A DNA stretch of 64,000 nt, from the NCBI GenBank assembly GCA_051313645.2, contig JBNRSN020000010.1, positions 10,850,001 through 10,914,000 on the forward strand. Direction: 5' to 3'. The notes beneath the pieces were generated by a model. It did not search any database and was not told the origin of the DNA. It saw only the letters and a program-made list of their open reading frames with translations. The translations under genes were made by a program, and so were the position numbers. Position 1 is the first letter of the stretch. Every line of letters begins with the position of its first letter. The DNA is from Centroscyllium fabricii. Taxonomy: Eukaryota. Of this stretch, positions 47,779-60,779 are shown piece after piece.

Positions 47779-48401
47779 CTGTACTGAAACCCTTTTCGCT
47801 ATGAAGGTTAGCATACCATGTTCTTTCTTAACCGCCTGCTGCACCTGCATGTTTACCTTCAGCGAATGATTCACAAGGACACCCAGGTCTCGTTGCTCTT
47901 CCACTTCTCCCAATCTATTCCCATTCAGATAACTATCAGCCTTTTTGTCTTTGACACCAAAGTGGATAAGCTCTCATTTATCCACGTTATGTAGCATCTG
48001 CCATGTATCTGCCCAATCATGCAACCTGTGCCAATCATCTTGGAGTTCCTCGGTATCCTCCTCGCTGCACACACGCACACCCAGCTTTGTGACGTCTGCA
48101 AACTTGGAGGTATAACATCTACATTCATTATCTAGATCATTAATGCATATTGTGTATAGCTGTGGTCCAAAAACGATCCCTGCGGTATCGAACTATTCAG
48201 TGCCTGCCACTCGGAAAAAGAGACGTTTATTCCCACTCTCTGCTTTCTGTCTGCCAACCATTTCTCTACCCATGCCAATAACTTGCCCCAATCTCATGTG
48301 CCTTAAATTTACACGCTAATTTCTCAAGCGTGACCTTATCAAATGTATTTTGAAAGTAAAAAATACACCATCTCCACTGGTTCTTCCTTTTCTATTTTAG
48401 T

Positions 48402-49200
48402 AGTGAAGGAATGGGAGTGAAATTTGCAGATTGAGGGAATGGGAATGAAATTTACACAGTGAGGGATTGGGAGTAGGATTTGCAGAGGGCCGGATTGGGA
48501 GTTACGTTTACAGAGTGCGGAATTGTGAGTCACATTTACTGTGAGAGAATGGAAGCGAGATTTACAGATTAAGGGCGAGGGAGAGACATTAATAGCCAAA
48601 GGGAATGGGAATGCGATTTACCTAGTGAGTGAATCCGTGTAAGAATTACAGAGGGCGGGAGTGAGAGTGAGGGAATGGGAGTTAGGTTTACAGAGTGCGG
48701 AATTGGGAGTCAAATTTACAGTGAGGGAATGGGACTGAGAGTTACAGACTGATGGTCAATTAAATTACATTAATAGGGTGCGCAAAAGCGAGTGAAATTT
48801 AGAGAGTGAAGGATTGTGAGTGAGATTTATATGGTGAGCAATTGTGAGTGATAAAACAGAGAGCGAATGGAAATGGGATTTAAAGATTGATCAGATGTGA
48901 GTGAGAATTTCAGATTGAGGGATTAGGAAAGACATTCACAGTGTGAAAGAATAGGAGTGATATTTGCAGAGTGGGTGAAGGGAGTGACAGATACAGTGTG
49001 AGGGGATGGGAGTGAGAGTTATAGATTGAGGGGATGGGAATGAGATTTACAGAGTCATGGAACCGGGTCAGATTTAGATTTTGAGAGAATGCGAGTGAGA
49101 ATCACCCAGTGAGAGAATATGAATGTCATCGAAAGTGTGAGTGAATGGTAGTAAGGATGAGATATACAGAGTGGGCGAATTGGAATTGCATTTAAATATC
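48402..49200 (+). repeat. Older, degenerate continuation of the 28-bp G-rich minisatellite
   Basis: Units such as gggagtgagatttacagag and gagggaatgg. Confidence 0.8.
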
Positions 49201-49819
49201 TAGGTGCCTGAAGGGTAGCCTTTGTGTAAGAAGTGATAGAGAGGTAAACCAAATGACGATAGACCAGTCCAACTACGGTTTACTGACCGACTTTCAATGC
49301 TTCAGATAAAAATTGTAATTTCATGTGACGCTGCTCAATGACCGATATCGAATTAGCTGCCAATAATAAACCATGCTGGATACTCCTCTCTGTGTATGTC
49401 AGTGGTGGCAAAATCGGGCAGTGTTGATAATCAGGGGCCAGTTCTCCATCGCCTAAATTATGCCATCACCAAAATTAACGTGAACACACTTTGCATGTTC
49501 TGCCAATCAACGTCTCATGTATTTTAAGCAGGCATGTACTTTTTTCGTTAAATTTAGCTACATTCCCCATCACAAGGTCATTTTCTGATGATCCATAAGC
49601 ATCTGGCGATAGGATGGAATGGGAAATATCGAATTGGCCTTTAATTGCTTTCAATAGGAGGGAAAATCGGGCGTGGTGTAAATGGGCAACTCCTTCGATA
49701 TTTCCCATTTTACACCGTCGCCTAAAGTTAATATGACTCCTTTGTATGATTTCCTCGCTCACACAAACACACTTCTGCGTTTTGGAAAGAGATCATGACA
49801 GACCCTCTGCTGTTAACAG

Positions 49820-49931
49820 GCCTGGAGGACATTGCCAGCCGGCTGGGACTCGGCCTCCTGGCTCCAAGGAAGAAGATTACGGTGATGTTGATGGGAAACC
49901 ATTCGGCCGGTAAGAGCTCGTTCATCAACTG
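49820..49931 (+). CDS. NTPase exon 2 (LEDIASRLGLGLLAPRKKITVMLMGNHSAGKSSFINW; Walker A/G1)
   Basis: ttaacAG| … TG|GTGAGT, phases 1/2. Contains the GxxxxGKS P-loop. Confidence 0.92.
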
Positions 49932-51199
49932 GTGAGTCCGTCATTAGTTCTTTCACTGTTACCACATTGGTGACGATGGCAAGCACGTCTTTTTTCCCAA
50001 CTTTAGCTGTCTTGAAGGCATTACGAACCAGAAATGTGGTGTGGGATTGTAGTTACTTGTTATTGCTGTGGATGAAATCTAAACGAATTTTCCCAGTGCG
50101 TTTGATAAAACTCCTCAAAGAAGTTTATTACAGAACTCAGGAAAATGCTATGACAAACGTGAGCAGCATAGCTATAAATCTATTAACTGAATGGCAAATG
50201 AGCAGGGAGAATAGTGAAGGGGAAATGTTCGAATTTTTTGTTTATCTACAAGCTCTAGCGTGTTATCTGCCTTCATAGTGCAGAAGGCGAATAATGTCAT
50301 CGACGGCAATACTTCGAAAGGCACGCGGGGATTACATAACATTGAAAGTGTGTGCCCCAGTAATTTCATCAGACGTGCCAATTGTTTCGATCTGGCACGC
50401 AGCGTTCGCGCAGCCCTTTTAATATCGGGGCCTAATGGCGATGCTTATATTGGAGACGGTTTGGAAGTGGTACACTCCTCGGTTCAGTACCGCGTCCATT
50501 TTAGTCCTTGGTGTGCATTAAATATTTGGATTTGGGCAGAGGGAGCTTAATCTCAAAATGTGCACATGAGTCAGATAGCAATGGATTAAAAATCCAATAG
50601 GACATCGAGTACATGAATTAGAAAGTAAATTTGTACAGTTCTCAGAGAAAAAATGTATGCAGTTTTGGGCACCCATCATTCAGCCGCAGACAGCATGCAG
50701 CATAGATTCAGCAGAATGCTCCCTTCATGAAGAAGTATTTACATTACAACTATTCATAGTATCCTAGAAAAATAGCGACGGAAAAAAGAAAATCATGGGA
50801 CTGTAGGTAGATGGAGTTATAGAATCAAATATTGAAATAAACAACTAATCATAGAATCAGCGAGTCAGAGAATCGTAGAAGCTTTGCAATTTGGAACCTC
50901 TGGTTTAGAGAATAATGTAACCATAGTAACAGAATATCACGGACATACAGTTCATTGAAATGAGAAATGTAGCATCTCAGAAGCAAAAGTCAACGTGAAT
51001 GACATGCAGGTAAATTTCACAATTGGCGGGCAATCTGAAATGCTAGCTTTATGTCCAGTCAGCACTGTGAAAATGTACTCCGTAGAATCAGAGGACTGTA
51101 TAACGCTATAATTAGTGCATTATCCGGGTGTATCAGAACGTTTCATACAATTGTACAGCTGTGGAACAGTGAAATCATGGAATATGTGAGTAAAAGAAA

Positions 51200-52600
51200 C
51201 ATAGGATGAAATACATGAGTAGGTACAGCAGCCCCTCTAACAAGTTCTGTCATTCAATTTTATCATAGCTAATCTGTACCTTAATTTCCTTGACACATTT
51301 ACCGAAAAGAAACAATCTCAATATTGAAAATTTCACTTTTCTCATATTTACAATGTTTGAGCGACAGATTTCTAGATCTCCACCACCCTGTGGGTGAAAA
51401 GGTTCTTCATGATTTTACTACTAAGCGGCCTAGCTCTAAATTCTGTATTCAGCCCCATTGTTCTGGATTTCAAGTCAACAGTATAATGATTTTCATTATC
51501 TATCCTGTCAATTCTGCATTTAATAAACGCTCGATGAAATCACTCATTATAAATGCAAACTCGCCTGTTCTTTTTATTTAACACTTCTGTTGTCGAAGAA
51601 ATGGTTGTGAGGGAGATGGGGACATTCCAGATTCCATTATTCTTCGTGGGAAGATGTGCTTCCCAATTTTGCGCCTGAATGATCTAGCTCTAATTTTACA
51701 ATTATAGACCCTACTTTGCAGGATATAGTTTCTTAGCATCCATCCTATCGAAACATGTTATCATTTCTTATGCTTCTATCAGATCTCCTTCAATGTCCCG
51801 TACTCAAGGGAACACACATTTATGCTGTTGAATGTGCTCTGTACCTCACAAAGTCCAGCATATCTTTTCTGAAGTGCAATGTCAATAACTGAAACGATAC
51901 TCTAGATGGGGGCCTCACCAAGGTATTCCACAACTGGAGGGTAACGTTCTCCGCTTTTGAATTCAAGCTCCCTTGACAGAACGCCAACATTCCATCAATC
52001 ATTTGATTTCTTCTGGTGTCACTTTATTATAATATGATAATGTGCACGGATACCGAACATTTCTATCATTCTTCATTGTTCGAAGTTTTTGACAATAAAG
52101 AGCATCCTCCGAATCACTTTTCCGGTTCCTGAATGATGTCTCCAAACCTTCCCATATTGAGATCATTTCCAGCCGATTCTTCGATTCATTTAAACTATTT
52201 GATCTAGGTTTGTGAATTCCTGCTCCCATTTACACCTTGTAATGAATCTGCCAACCAAGTGCAGACTTGTAATATAAAACTATTTAATCTTTCGACCAAA
52301 ACCTTGACAAATGTGGTGAAAAAATGTGGACACAGAATAGAGTAGCACAACTTGTCACAGCAAGACAATCAGACTTTTCGCAATTTATAAAAGCTCTCCA
52401 TCTCTTAACTCCCAACCTAATTGCAAACAATTTCACAAGGTTCCCGCCAATCCCACACCCTTTCATTTTTGGTAATATATCTTGTGCAAAAACTTGTCAA
52501 CTAACTTCTGGATGTCCATATAGGCAACATCCAGAAACGCTCCTTTCTCTAGAATGTTAATGCTCTTCTGAAACAAATCATCTAGCTTACTCTTGCATCC
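51200..52600 (-). mobile_element. Old CR1 fragments
   Basis: CR1 3' UTR remnants and 'TLVRP' RT remnants, heavily decayed. Confidence 0.6.
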
Positions 52601-53640
52601 ATAATTAAAATATCACCTACAGATTGTATGTATAGAAAATCGATTGCGGTGTAAAGTTGGCTCAGAGTTCGTTGTAACCCTGCTTTGTGAAACTGGCTGC
52701 AAACTATTTCATCCCATTGCGTCTGGAGATGACTAAAACAGCGATCATAGTTACAAATAAATCATCATTTTATTGTGATCGCACACTATTCCACCGGTGC
52801 CATAATTTATGTGATACAACTGAGACGATTATTGTTCTCTGTTGACTTCACTGCAAAAGTAAACTGCCGCGTTTGCACCGTCACTGTAAGAAAACAATGG
52901 AGGGAGAACTGAGTTCACCTGAGAGGCAAATGTGCAAAGTCATGGTAGAAAGAATGTGTTCATTACTTCATGCCTTCCTGACGCGAAAGTTTTGACATAA
53001 TTGTTAGACATTAGAGGCATAGTGATTGCCAAAGCCAAGTGTGGTATTCAGGTAAAGCGAAGCTGGGGAATAATTGGAGCAAGGCGCTCAAATGTACTTC
53101 ATACTCATTTTATAAGTCTGCTCCCATTTTTATATAACACTTTAATTGCAATTTTTTAGAGCTAACCGGCAAAGGCTATGGTAATTTGGGAAGCAGTGTT
53201 TGGTAGAACATATGGTGTTCCTCTATTATAGAGGCAGAACCTCTAGGAAAGTGCGACTACTGTCACACTGTCGCAGGAAAATTTGATTTAAATTTTGACT
53301 AAACACCACAACGGGACTTAAAGTTTTCCAGCCAGGAAATGTGCAGATATGATAGAAATTCTCCATATTACAAATAGAGCAAAAGAAAGATTAAAGTTGG
53401 CTTAAAAATGTGTTTCGGGATTAAAAGGTACACATGCCTACAGCCTTTCTTGGTATTTCAAACCTTTACTATTTTTGTGCTGAAGATTTTTTTTAACCTT
53501 TTGCTGTCTTCATTTTGCTGTCGGTTCTGGACCCGTCACTCAGATGGCTGTTTTTCGCCGGCTTTCATCTGAAAGAGTCCGAGTGCAGCGAGTTAGAAAA
53601 AAAATGTAATATTTGCAGCTCTAATCATTGTATATTGCAG

Positions 53641-53734
53641 GTATGTTGAAGAACATATACAGAAAACGGGAGTTGCAACAGAAACCCAAGGATTTACCTT
53701 CGTCACCAGTGGGAGGAAAAGGGAATCACTCACA
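53641..53734 (+). CDS. NTPase exon 3 (YVEEHIQKTGVATETQGFTFVTSGRKRESLT; G2 Thr region)
   Basis: ttgcAG| … |GTGAGT, phases 2/0, 94 nt. Confidence 0.92.
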
Positions 53735-53853
53735 GTGAGTAATCTCATCCATCTTCACCTAGCCCTGACTATTTCTGTGTCTCTGATTGTCTCTCTGGAA
53801 AGGAGCTTCAATAAACACTGCACCTAATTTGGTAGATCACAGTGTGTCTCTTA

Positions 53854-54165
53854 GCACGGTGGCATAGTGGTTAGCACTGTTGCCTCACAGCGCAAGGGGA
53901 CCGGGTCCAAATCCGGCCTTGGGTGACCATCAGTGTGGAATTTGCACATTCTCACCGTGTCTGCGTGGGCTTCCTCCGGGTGTTCCGGTTTCCTCCCACA
54001 GACCAAAGCTGTGCGGGTTAGGTTGATTGGGCATGATATATTGACCCTTAGTGTTAGGGGGATTAAATATATGGGCTAACGGAAATAGGATGTGATATGT
54101 GTCGCTGCAGGCTGGAAGGGACGAAATGGCCTCTATCTGCACTGTAGGGATTCTATGTTTCTATG
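53854..54165 (+). mobile_element. V-SINE (HE1-like)
   Basis: tRNA head, V-core and (ttctatg)n tail. Confidence 0.85.
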
Positions 54166-54589
54166 AAACACGAAAGTAGAGGATGTCGTCTTCTGAGCTT
54201 AAACGTGAGGTATCTGACGTCCCTCCTACCTGACCCGGAGCCCTGGAAATCCCATTAATAGGATGTGTAAAGCCGGTTATTGCCCCCATCCTACGTCCTT
54301 GAATTGACAGCACAGGTGCATGGATAGGCGTCAATGGCAGTTACACCTTTTTGCCCAAAACGTTGTGGTTGTTCTACTGTTACTAATAACATTAACAGTA
54401 GAGCAACCACATTCCGATTTAGATGAGGAAACGCAGCACGGACCAATGCGCGTGATAAGGTTGTTGTTTGTATGTATTGGAATTACAAAGGGAAATATTC
54501 AACTGGAAGCAGTTCCAAAAACGAACATTTAAAACAAAATACGTGGACTGAACATTTATTTCCTCTAATGTATGTTTTTACGTTCACAG

Positions 54590-54644
54590 GGCAAGGCTAC
54601 ACTTCACCTATACCCGCAATTCCAAGGTTTGGAACAGATCAATG
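54590..54644 (+). CDS. NTPase exon 4 (GKATLHLYPQFQGLEQIN)
   Basis: ttcacAG| … G|GTAAAT, phases 0/1, 55 nt. Confidence 0.88.
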
Positions 54645-56129
54645 GTAAATTCACAGCGGCTGTCAGTATTGCAGACAACAGAAAGGGAAACGCTCACTTT
54701 CTCTCTCCACTCAGTCCAGTGATGTTTCCACTGTTGAACTGCAAGCCCTTCATAGTAGGATGTCCTACAGAATAATTGAGGGTTCCTAAATTTTGAAATT
54801 AGGACTGACTCGCAGGTATCAGCAATGTAGCCTTGAACAGTGAGCACGTGCTCTATTGGAGGTGAAGCATCGAATGCAAGCCGGGAAGATGATAGACATT
54901 TTGTGTGATTGACTCGTGCTTGCAGTTGTAGGTTGATGGACAGGTGATTGAACTGTGCTTACCGGAGAAAGTTTTACGGCGGGTCTTTTGCGAGCGAGAA
55001 CGAGACAAGAGAGGAAGCAATAAAGATAGACAGTGGGAGAGGGGGGACGAAGAAGAGAGATAGACAGAAGAGAGAGATAGAGAGAAAGAGAAACAGATGG
55101 AGATATATAGATAGATATGGGTTGATTGAGATACATTTTTCTCCAATAGACCAAAGACATTTAGCGATTCACAAGTCTGCGGGATTGTCACATGGAGACT
55201 GGAGAAGCAAATTTACCACTGGAGGGGAATCCATAACTGATAAGCTTTCGATTATACCCAAAAGAAGGAAGAGATGCTTTAAGTAGGTGTATGTTAGAAT
55301 GTGGAGTGATCGCTCAGAAATAATTGGTTACACAGATTCAGTATACTTTGTAAAAGAGAGAGGAATACATATTTCCGCAATGGAATTAACGGGAATGGGA
55401 AAATAATGAGGAAATGCGATTAAGGGTCTTTCTCAATGCTAAAGCTTAGCCACAATGAGCCGAATGTAATAATAATTTTCAATGTGATAATTCAATGATG
55501 CGGTTTGCATATTGCCTCATGCATCTCTTTCCAATGTGTATGGGATGATTTAACTTTTTCTGCAGTAGGTTCTATGAGTAAAGTAATAAAAGGCTGAAAA
55601 TGTTGGGAGCGCGAATCAGCGAGCTGGGTTTTAATTAAAGCGTGCATCATGTCAGCCGGAGCTCCGTGGCAGCATCATCACCTCTGTGTGAGAAGGTACT
55701 GCGTAAAGTACTCCAGCTCTCGAGCTCATAGGTTGCCAAACATTTCTGTGCAGTACTGAGGGAGTGCTGAGTGGCAGATGGACACCGAGTATAGACAGTA
55801 CAGGGGGAATAAACAGATTATTACAAACTAAGTGGAAAATGAACAGGGGAATGTAAACTAAATGGGAAATAAACTGGAACATAGGAACTAAATGGATAAT
55901 AACTAGGGTTATAGAAACTAAATGTGAAACAGCCAGATAATCGAAATTGAAATAAACAGGACAATATACACTAAATATAAATTAACAGTGATTTATAAAA
56001 AACACGGGGTGTTCTTACGGAGATGTAAATTCTGTGGGGCATATACAGATGGACAGACGCTGAATGTGTCATAAACTGCGCAATGGAGATTAACCTGGAA
56101 ATAACAGGTGGAATAGAATGTGGATTAAA

Positions 56130-56720
56130 ATAGGGTACGGAAGAGGAGCGTGTTCAGACACAATTTTACATCGAGGCAACATTTGGGATATTCGGACATA
56201 TGATCAAAAAGCTTTATCAAACAGATAGTTTTTAAGGAGCTAATTAAATGAAGAGATAGAGGTAGAGCGGTGGAGCCTTTTTCAAAGTCAATTGCAGAGC
56301 TTTGGGCCCAGACAGCTGATGGCACGGCTGCCAATAGTCCAGCACTGGACAGCGGAGATGTGGACGAGGCCACAATTGAAGGATTTCAGAGATTTTGGGA
56401 GGTTTGTACGGCTGGAGAAATTTATGGAGATAATGAGGGACGAGGCCATGAGGGATTCATTGAACACATTGATGTTAGTTATAAAAACGATCTATTTGCA
56501 GACAGGATGGTAAAGTCGGTCAAAAAGAACAGGGTTATTGGGTGAACGGGACTTGGTGCGAGTTAATATATGAGCAGCAGTATGTTAGATGAGACGGAAC
56601 ATGAACTAAATGGCGAATAAACAAGGAGAATTTAAATGCATAAAAGACAACCATAGAATAATTTGCGATGCAGTGAATTAGAGGTCGCTGAAGTATACGT
56701 TCTTCTGTGCAGAAAGGTTG
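56130..56720 (-). mobile_element. Old L2-type LINE 3' fragment
   Basis: Resembles L2 3' ends (- strand '…PLSLHL.SSLKT.CL.KLF'); decayed. Confidence 0.45.
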
Positions 56721-57114
56721 CTGATCTGAAAGATACAAAAGTGAGGAACCACAGCACCTCCACTAAAAGTAGGGTGGAATTACAGCATTATACTTGCATT
56801 CAGTTTACGTTATAAAATGGACACAGGATGTTATAATTTGCAACATGTTGATGGAAATGTGTGATAAATACATGAGCTTTGGAAAAAAGTTGCAGACAGG
56901 AATTGTACATAGGCATAAGACTTGTTAGATATATTTTTGAAATAGCTATCTCATAAATTCCATTGCGGGATATTATCATTAAATGTATTTTGAAATTTAA
57001 ATTAATTTACTATCAAGGGCGGGTGATGCATAAAGAAGGCATTGCTAGATGTTTAAAAAAAACACCATCAAATGGAAAGTGCTATTCCCAAAGCTGCACC
57101 TGGAATTCTGGAAC

Positions 57115-57895
57115 AAATTACAGAATGAATGGTAAGACCCCAGGAAAGAAAGAGGGTCAAAGTGACCTTGATATGCATGTGCTTAGATCCCCGAATGCAG
57201 TTGGACAGGCAGATAAGCTGGTTAAAAGGGATATGGGATACTTTCCTTCATTAGACGAGGAATAGAATATAAGAGCAGGGATGTTATGATGGAGCTGTAC
57301 AAAATGCTGGTGAGGCCACAGCTGGAGTATTGTGTGCAATTCTGGTCACCAAACTATAGGAAGGATAAGATTGCTTTTGAGAGTGCTCTGAGGTGATTCA
57401 CCAGGATGTTATCTGGGCTGGAGCGCTTGAGCTATGAAGAAAGATTGGGTAGGCTTTGTGTTGTTTCCATTGGATTGGAGCATACGTGACGTGGAGCAGA
57501 GAAGGCTGAGGTGGTAACTGATTGATGTGTACAAAATTGTGAGGGGCATAGATAGGGTAAATCGAAAGGAACTCTTTCCCTTGGTAGAGGTTTCAATAAC
57601 AAAGGGGCATAGTTTCATGCTAAGGGGCAGGAGGTTTAGAGGGAATTCTAGGAAGAGCTTTTTCCCCCAGGGAGTGTTTGGAATCTGGAACTCACTGCCT
57701 GAAAGGCTAGTAGAGGCAGGGAAGCTCACAACGCTCAAGACGCATTTAGATGATCACTTGAAATGCCATAGCATACAAGGCTACGGACAAAATGCAGGGG
57801 AATGGGATTAGAATTGACAGGGCTTGATGGCCGGCAAGAACGCGAAGGGCCAAAGGGCCTCTTTCTGTGCTGTAAAACTCTATGACTCTATGACT
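57115..57895 (+). mobile_element. CR1 3' portion with (ctctatga)n tail, ending ~40 nt before the exon 5 acceptor
   Basis: RPQLEYCVQFWSP, YKIVRGIDRV and WNSLP motifs. Confidence 0.88.
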
Positions 57896-57936
57896 AACTT
57901 CTGCTCCTGCTGACTGCTCGTCCTTTGCTCCCATAG

Positions 57937-58077
57937 GAGTGGCAGACTACCTGGCCACCGAGATTAGCACCTCCAAACAGAAGCAGTTTAGCCTGGTGAC
58001 ATTTATCGATACACCAGGGCTTGTTGATGGAGACATGACATATGAGTTTGATGTTGACAAAGCCCTTATCTGGCTGG
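57937..58077 (+). CDS. NTPase exon 5 (VADYLATEISTSKQKQFSLVTFIDTPGLVDGDMTYEFDVDKALIWL; G3 DTPG)
   Basis: cccatAG| … G|GTAAGT, phases 1/1, 141 nt. Confidence 0.93.
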
Positions 58078-58520
58078 GTAAGTGATCGATTCCCACCGTG
58101 ATATACACAGCAGCGCTCGATCATTTGGAAATTGCGGTCAACATATTTCAACATTAAAATCTGGCAGATTTCTATAATTTATTTTATGTTAATGCTCGGG
58201 ATTCCAGTGCCACCAACAGCATTGGTATTGATGGTCCATCCTTAGTTGTTCTGTAATTGTGGTGGGGGAATTTCTTCTAGCATTGGTGGATGATTTTCTG
58301 TGAAATAACTAAGCCGAACCTAGATTACATCAGAGTCTGGTTGTCAAATCTACTGATGATGGACAGGAGTCAAGTATGGTCCGAACCGGGTAAGCATGAC
58401 AGATTGACTGCCGAACGGATTTTAGTGAACCAATTAATGTTGTTACGAAAATCCGGCAACCTTACGCACAAGTTTATTAATACCAGCTTTTTCTTACCAG
58501 ATTGTTCATAAACAAATAAT

Positions 58521-59279
58521 GCTACAGAAATTCGGGTCCCAATGCATTCGCACCCGTTGGTAGTCACGCGAAGTCCCAACAAAAATGTCAATTTCGTGCA
58601 TGCAATGCGCACGCGTGTGAAACCGGAAGGTCCACTCCCCTGAAAGAAGGTGTAAAGAGGTGGAACGCGTGCGTGGGAGAGTCAGCACGTGTGCATGGAA
58701 CTTATTTTTTTTCCAGGCTTTTTCCTGGAAGGCTTGTCTCCAAAAGTTAGACATGAAAAACACAGGTGTAAGGCTTGCTTTTATCAACGTATGTGATGAA
58801 TTACTTAAAATTGTAACATGTTTTCCACAGGTTTATTATTTTTAAATACTTTAAAAAAGATAAGCTTATTTTAGCTCCGTTTGAAAAGGTAATTCATTTT
58901 TGCAAATCTTAAATTATTGTTATAATAGTTATTTCATGTAGTTTTAAAGTTATGTAAAAAGTGTGATGAATATTGTAAATTTGTGTAGACGTTTTATGGA
59001 AGTTTTGTTCTTGTAGTATTTATAAGTTTGACAGCGCTTCCTGTCAAAATTATGATTGGTGCATTCCCAGATACCATTGGGTCACCGTGGCCCACGTGAT
59101 CCCAGGGGAATGAATCAAATGAACTGCCCCCCTGGAATACGCAAACACTGTCCGTCGCAGTTGGGGAAGGCCCAGGGTCGCAAGTCCAGGGGCCCCACAG
59201 TTTAACGGCCAGCGCGCAAGGTTAATCGAAGGTTGCAGACTTGCACACGTGGGAAGCCGCCGACCCGAATTTCTGGGCC
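58521..59279 (+). mobile_element. Third copy of the GGGCCAGAAATT-ended MITE family
   Basis: Ends are cagaaattcgggtcc and ccgacccgaatttctgggcc. The internal blocks are shared with 5779-6488. Confidence 0.6.
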
Positions 59280-59282
59280 AAT

Positions 59283-59461
59283 GGCGTTAAAATTCGGCTC
59301 GGGCAGTGGCAAAAAACGAGTAGTATCGGATCGGCCGCCCGTTGTACGCGGCGCCTGATATTCAGATTGGTGTAGTCAACTGAGTGTCAGGAGTTACGTA
59401 TAACGGGTGGCCGATCCGATACCGCTCGATTTGCGACACCGCCGAGACGAATTACCGGCCC
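59283..59461. mobile_element. Short palindromic (fold-back) MITE
   Basis: The arms gtatcggatcggccgcccgttgtacg and cgtataacgggtggccgatccgatac are near-perfect reverse complements. Confidence 0.7.
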
Positions 59462-60618
59462 GCTAACTCTGGAGAACAAGGAAACAAGGGAGGTCAGTGA
59501 ATATGGGAGTGCTGGTCGACGGAAACTCAGTGCAACAGGAAGTGGGAGCGGAGGCGACATTTTAATGAGCGTGTTAACCGTCTGTTGGCAATATTACATT
59601 TCATCATCCCTGGATTTGATAACCCACTCATGCAGTGTTTCTGTTTGCCTGGTTTGTAATTAGACTCACTCCCCATAGTGCAAATATACTCAGGAATCCA
59701 CAACAGGAAGTGCAGAAGCAACGCCGTTCGCCGGTAGACGGCCTGCTGATTGCTCACACGGTGGTGAACCTGCCTTGTTCTGCAGGGCCCCTGAATCGAA
59801 GTCGGAAGCGCACTGCCGACCAGCGAAAGACGTTCCCATATAACCCAACACAGAATGCGATGGCTGGTCACTCAGAGTGCCCAGGAGTATAGCAGAGCCT
59901 GTCTTACCACAAATTATGGAACTGGAATGAGATTTAGTCCAGACACGGTAGGCGTGGTAGGTTCCTTTCTCTGAAGCGAGGTTCGTGAATGTTTGTTATA
60001 ATAATCCAGCAGCCTCCATTGTCACCTTTCTGGCACAAATTTATTTCACTATGTTTCACAACTCAACATGGTGAGATTTCAGTTCAAACCTCTGGGTTTC
60101 TAGGCCTCAACCGCGACCAATTCACTTGCACGCACTTCATGAACGGATCCTCCTATGTTTCTCTTTTTGCTGCTTTCTCCATTCTGGGAAATAACTCTTG
60201 TCGAATTCTGTTCCACGGGCGTGGGTGATCTCTGATACCTGGTGTGATTGGTGGCTCTCCATATTTGAGCCAATACACTGTGCGGTTGCTGGCGTTTCTT
60301 TACTGCAGTCTGATACAATGGAGCCCATTCGGTCCCCTCACATTACCCGCACGTGCAAGGAATCAATAGCCAAGGATGATTTATGGGAGTCAGTCGCTGA
60401 TTGGATCTCCCTGACCCAGGACACACTCAGTACAGTTGTAGCGTCTAGTGCACACCGGCTGAGAATGGTTGAAGCAACAGAGATTGCTACCAAATCTGTA
60501 ACGTCATAGGCTTCACTCCCGCCCCATTCAGAGCACTCCCTCATAAATTGTGGTCATTTATTGGGTACTCCTAGCACCGTGAATGTTTTTGGATTGTTCA
60601 CTCGTTCTCTATCTGCAG

Positions 60619-60779
60619 GTGAACAAGCCGATCTGATCTTTGTCTTCTTTGATCCAATGGGCCAGGCCCTGTGTAAACGGACACTGGACGTGGTGGAAAA
60701 GTTGAACGAAAAACACGGCGATAAACTGAAGTTCTATCTGAGCAAAGCCGATGAAGCTGGTCATGAGAGTGACAGACAG
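60619..60779 (+). CDS. NTPase exon 6 (EQADLIFVFFDPMGQALCKRTLDVVEKLNEKHGDKLKFYLSKADEAGHESDRQ; G4 SKAD)
   Basis: ctgcAG| … CAG|GTACAT, phases 1/0, 161 nt. Confidence 0.93.

Larger units (their letters stand above)
42365..48401 (-). mobile_element. CR1 LINE (RT and 3' end) inserted in the minisatellite and split by Gypsy element 2
   Basis: Tail at 42365 and RT motifs at 42739-42980 and 47783-48400. AGTGAA is repeated on both sides (42359-42364 and 48402-48407). Confidence 0.85.

Noticed and set aside
55800-56120. Degenerate short repeats (actaaatgg…), and catagaat-like repeats at ~50750-51200
   Set aside because: Too decayed to define a unit confidently; probably old minisatellite or LINE-tail expansions.
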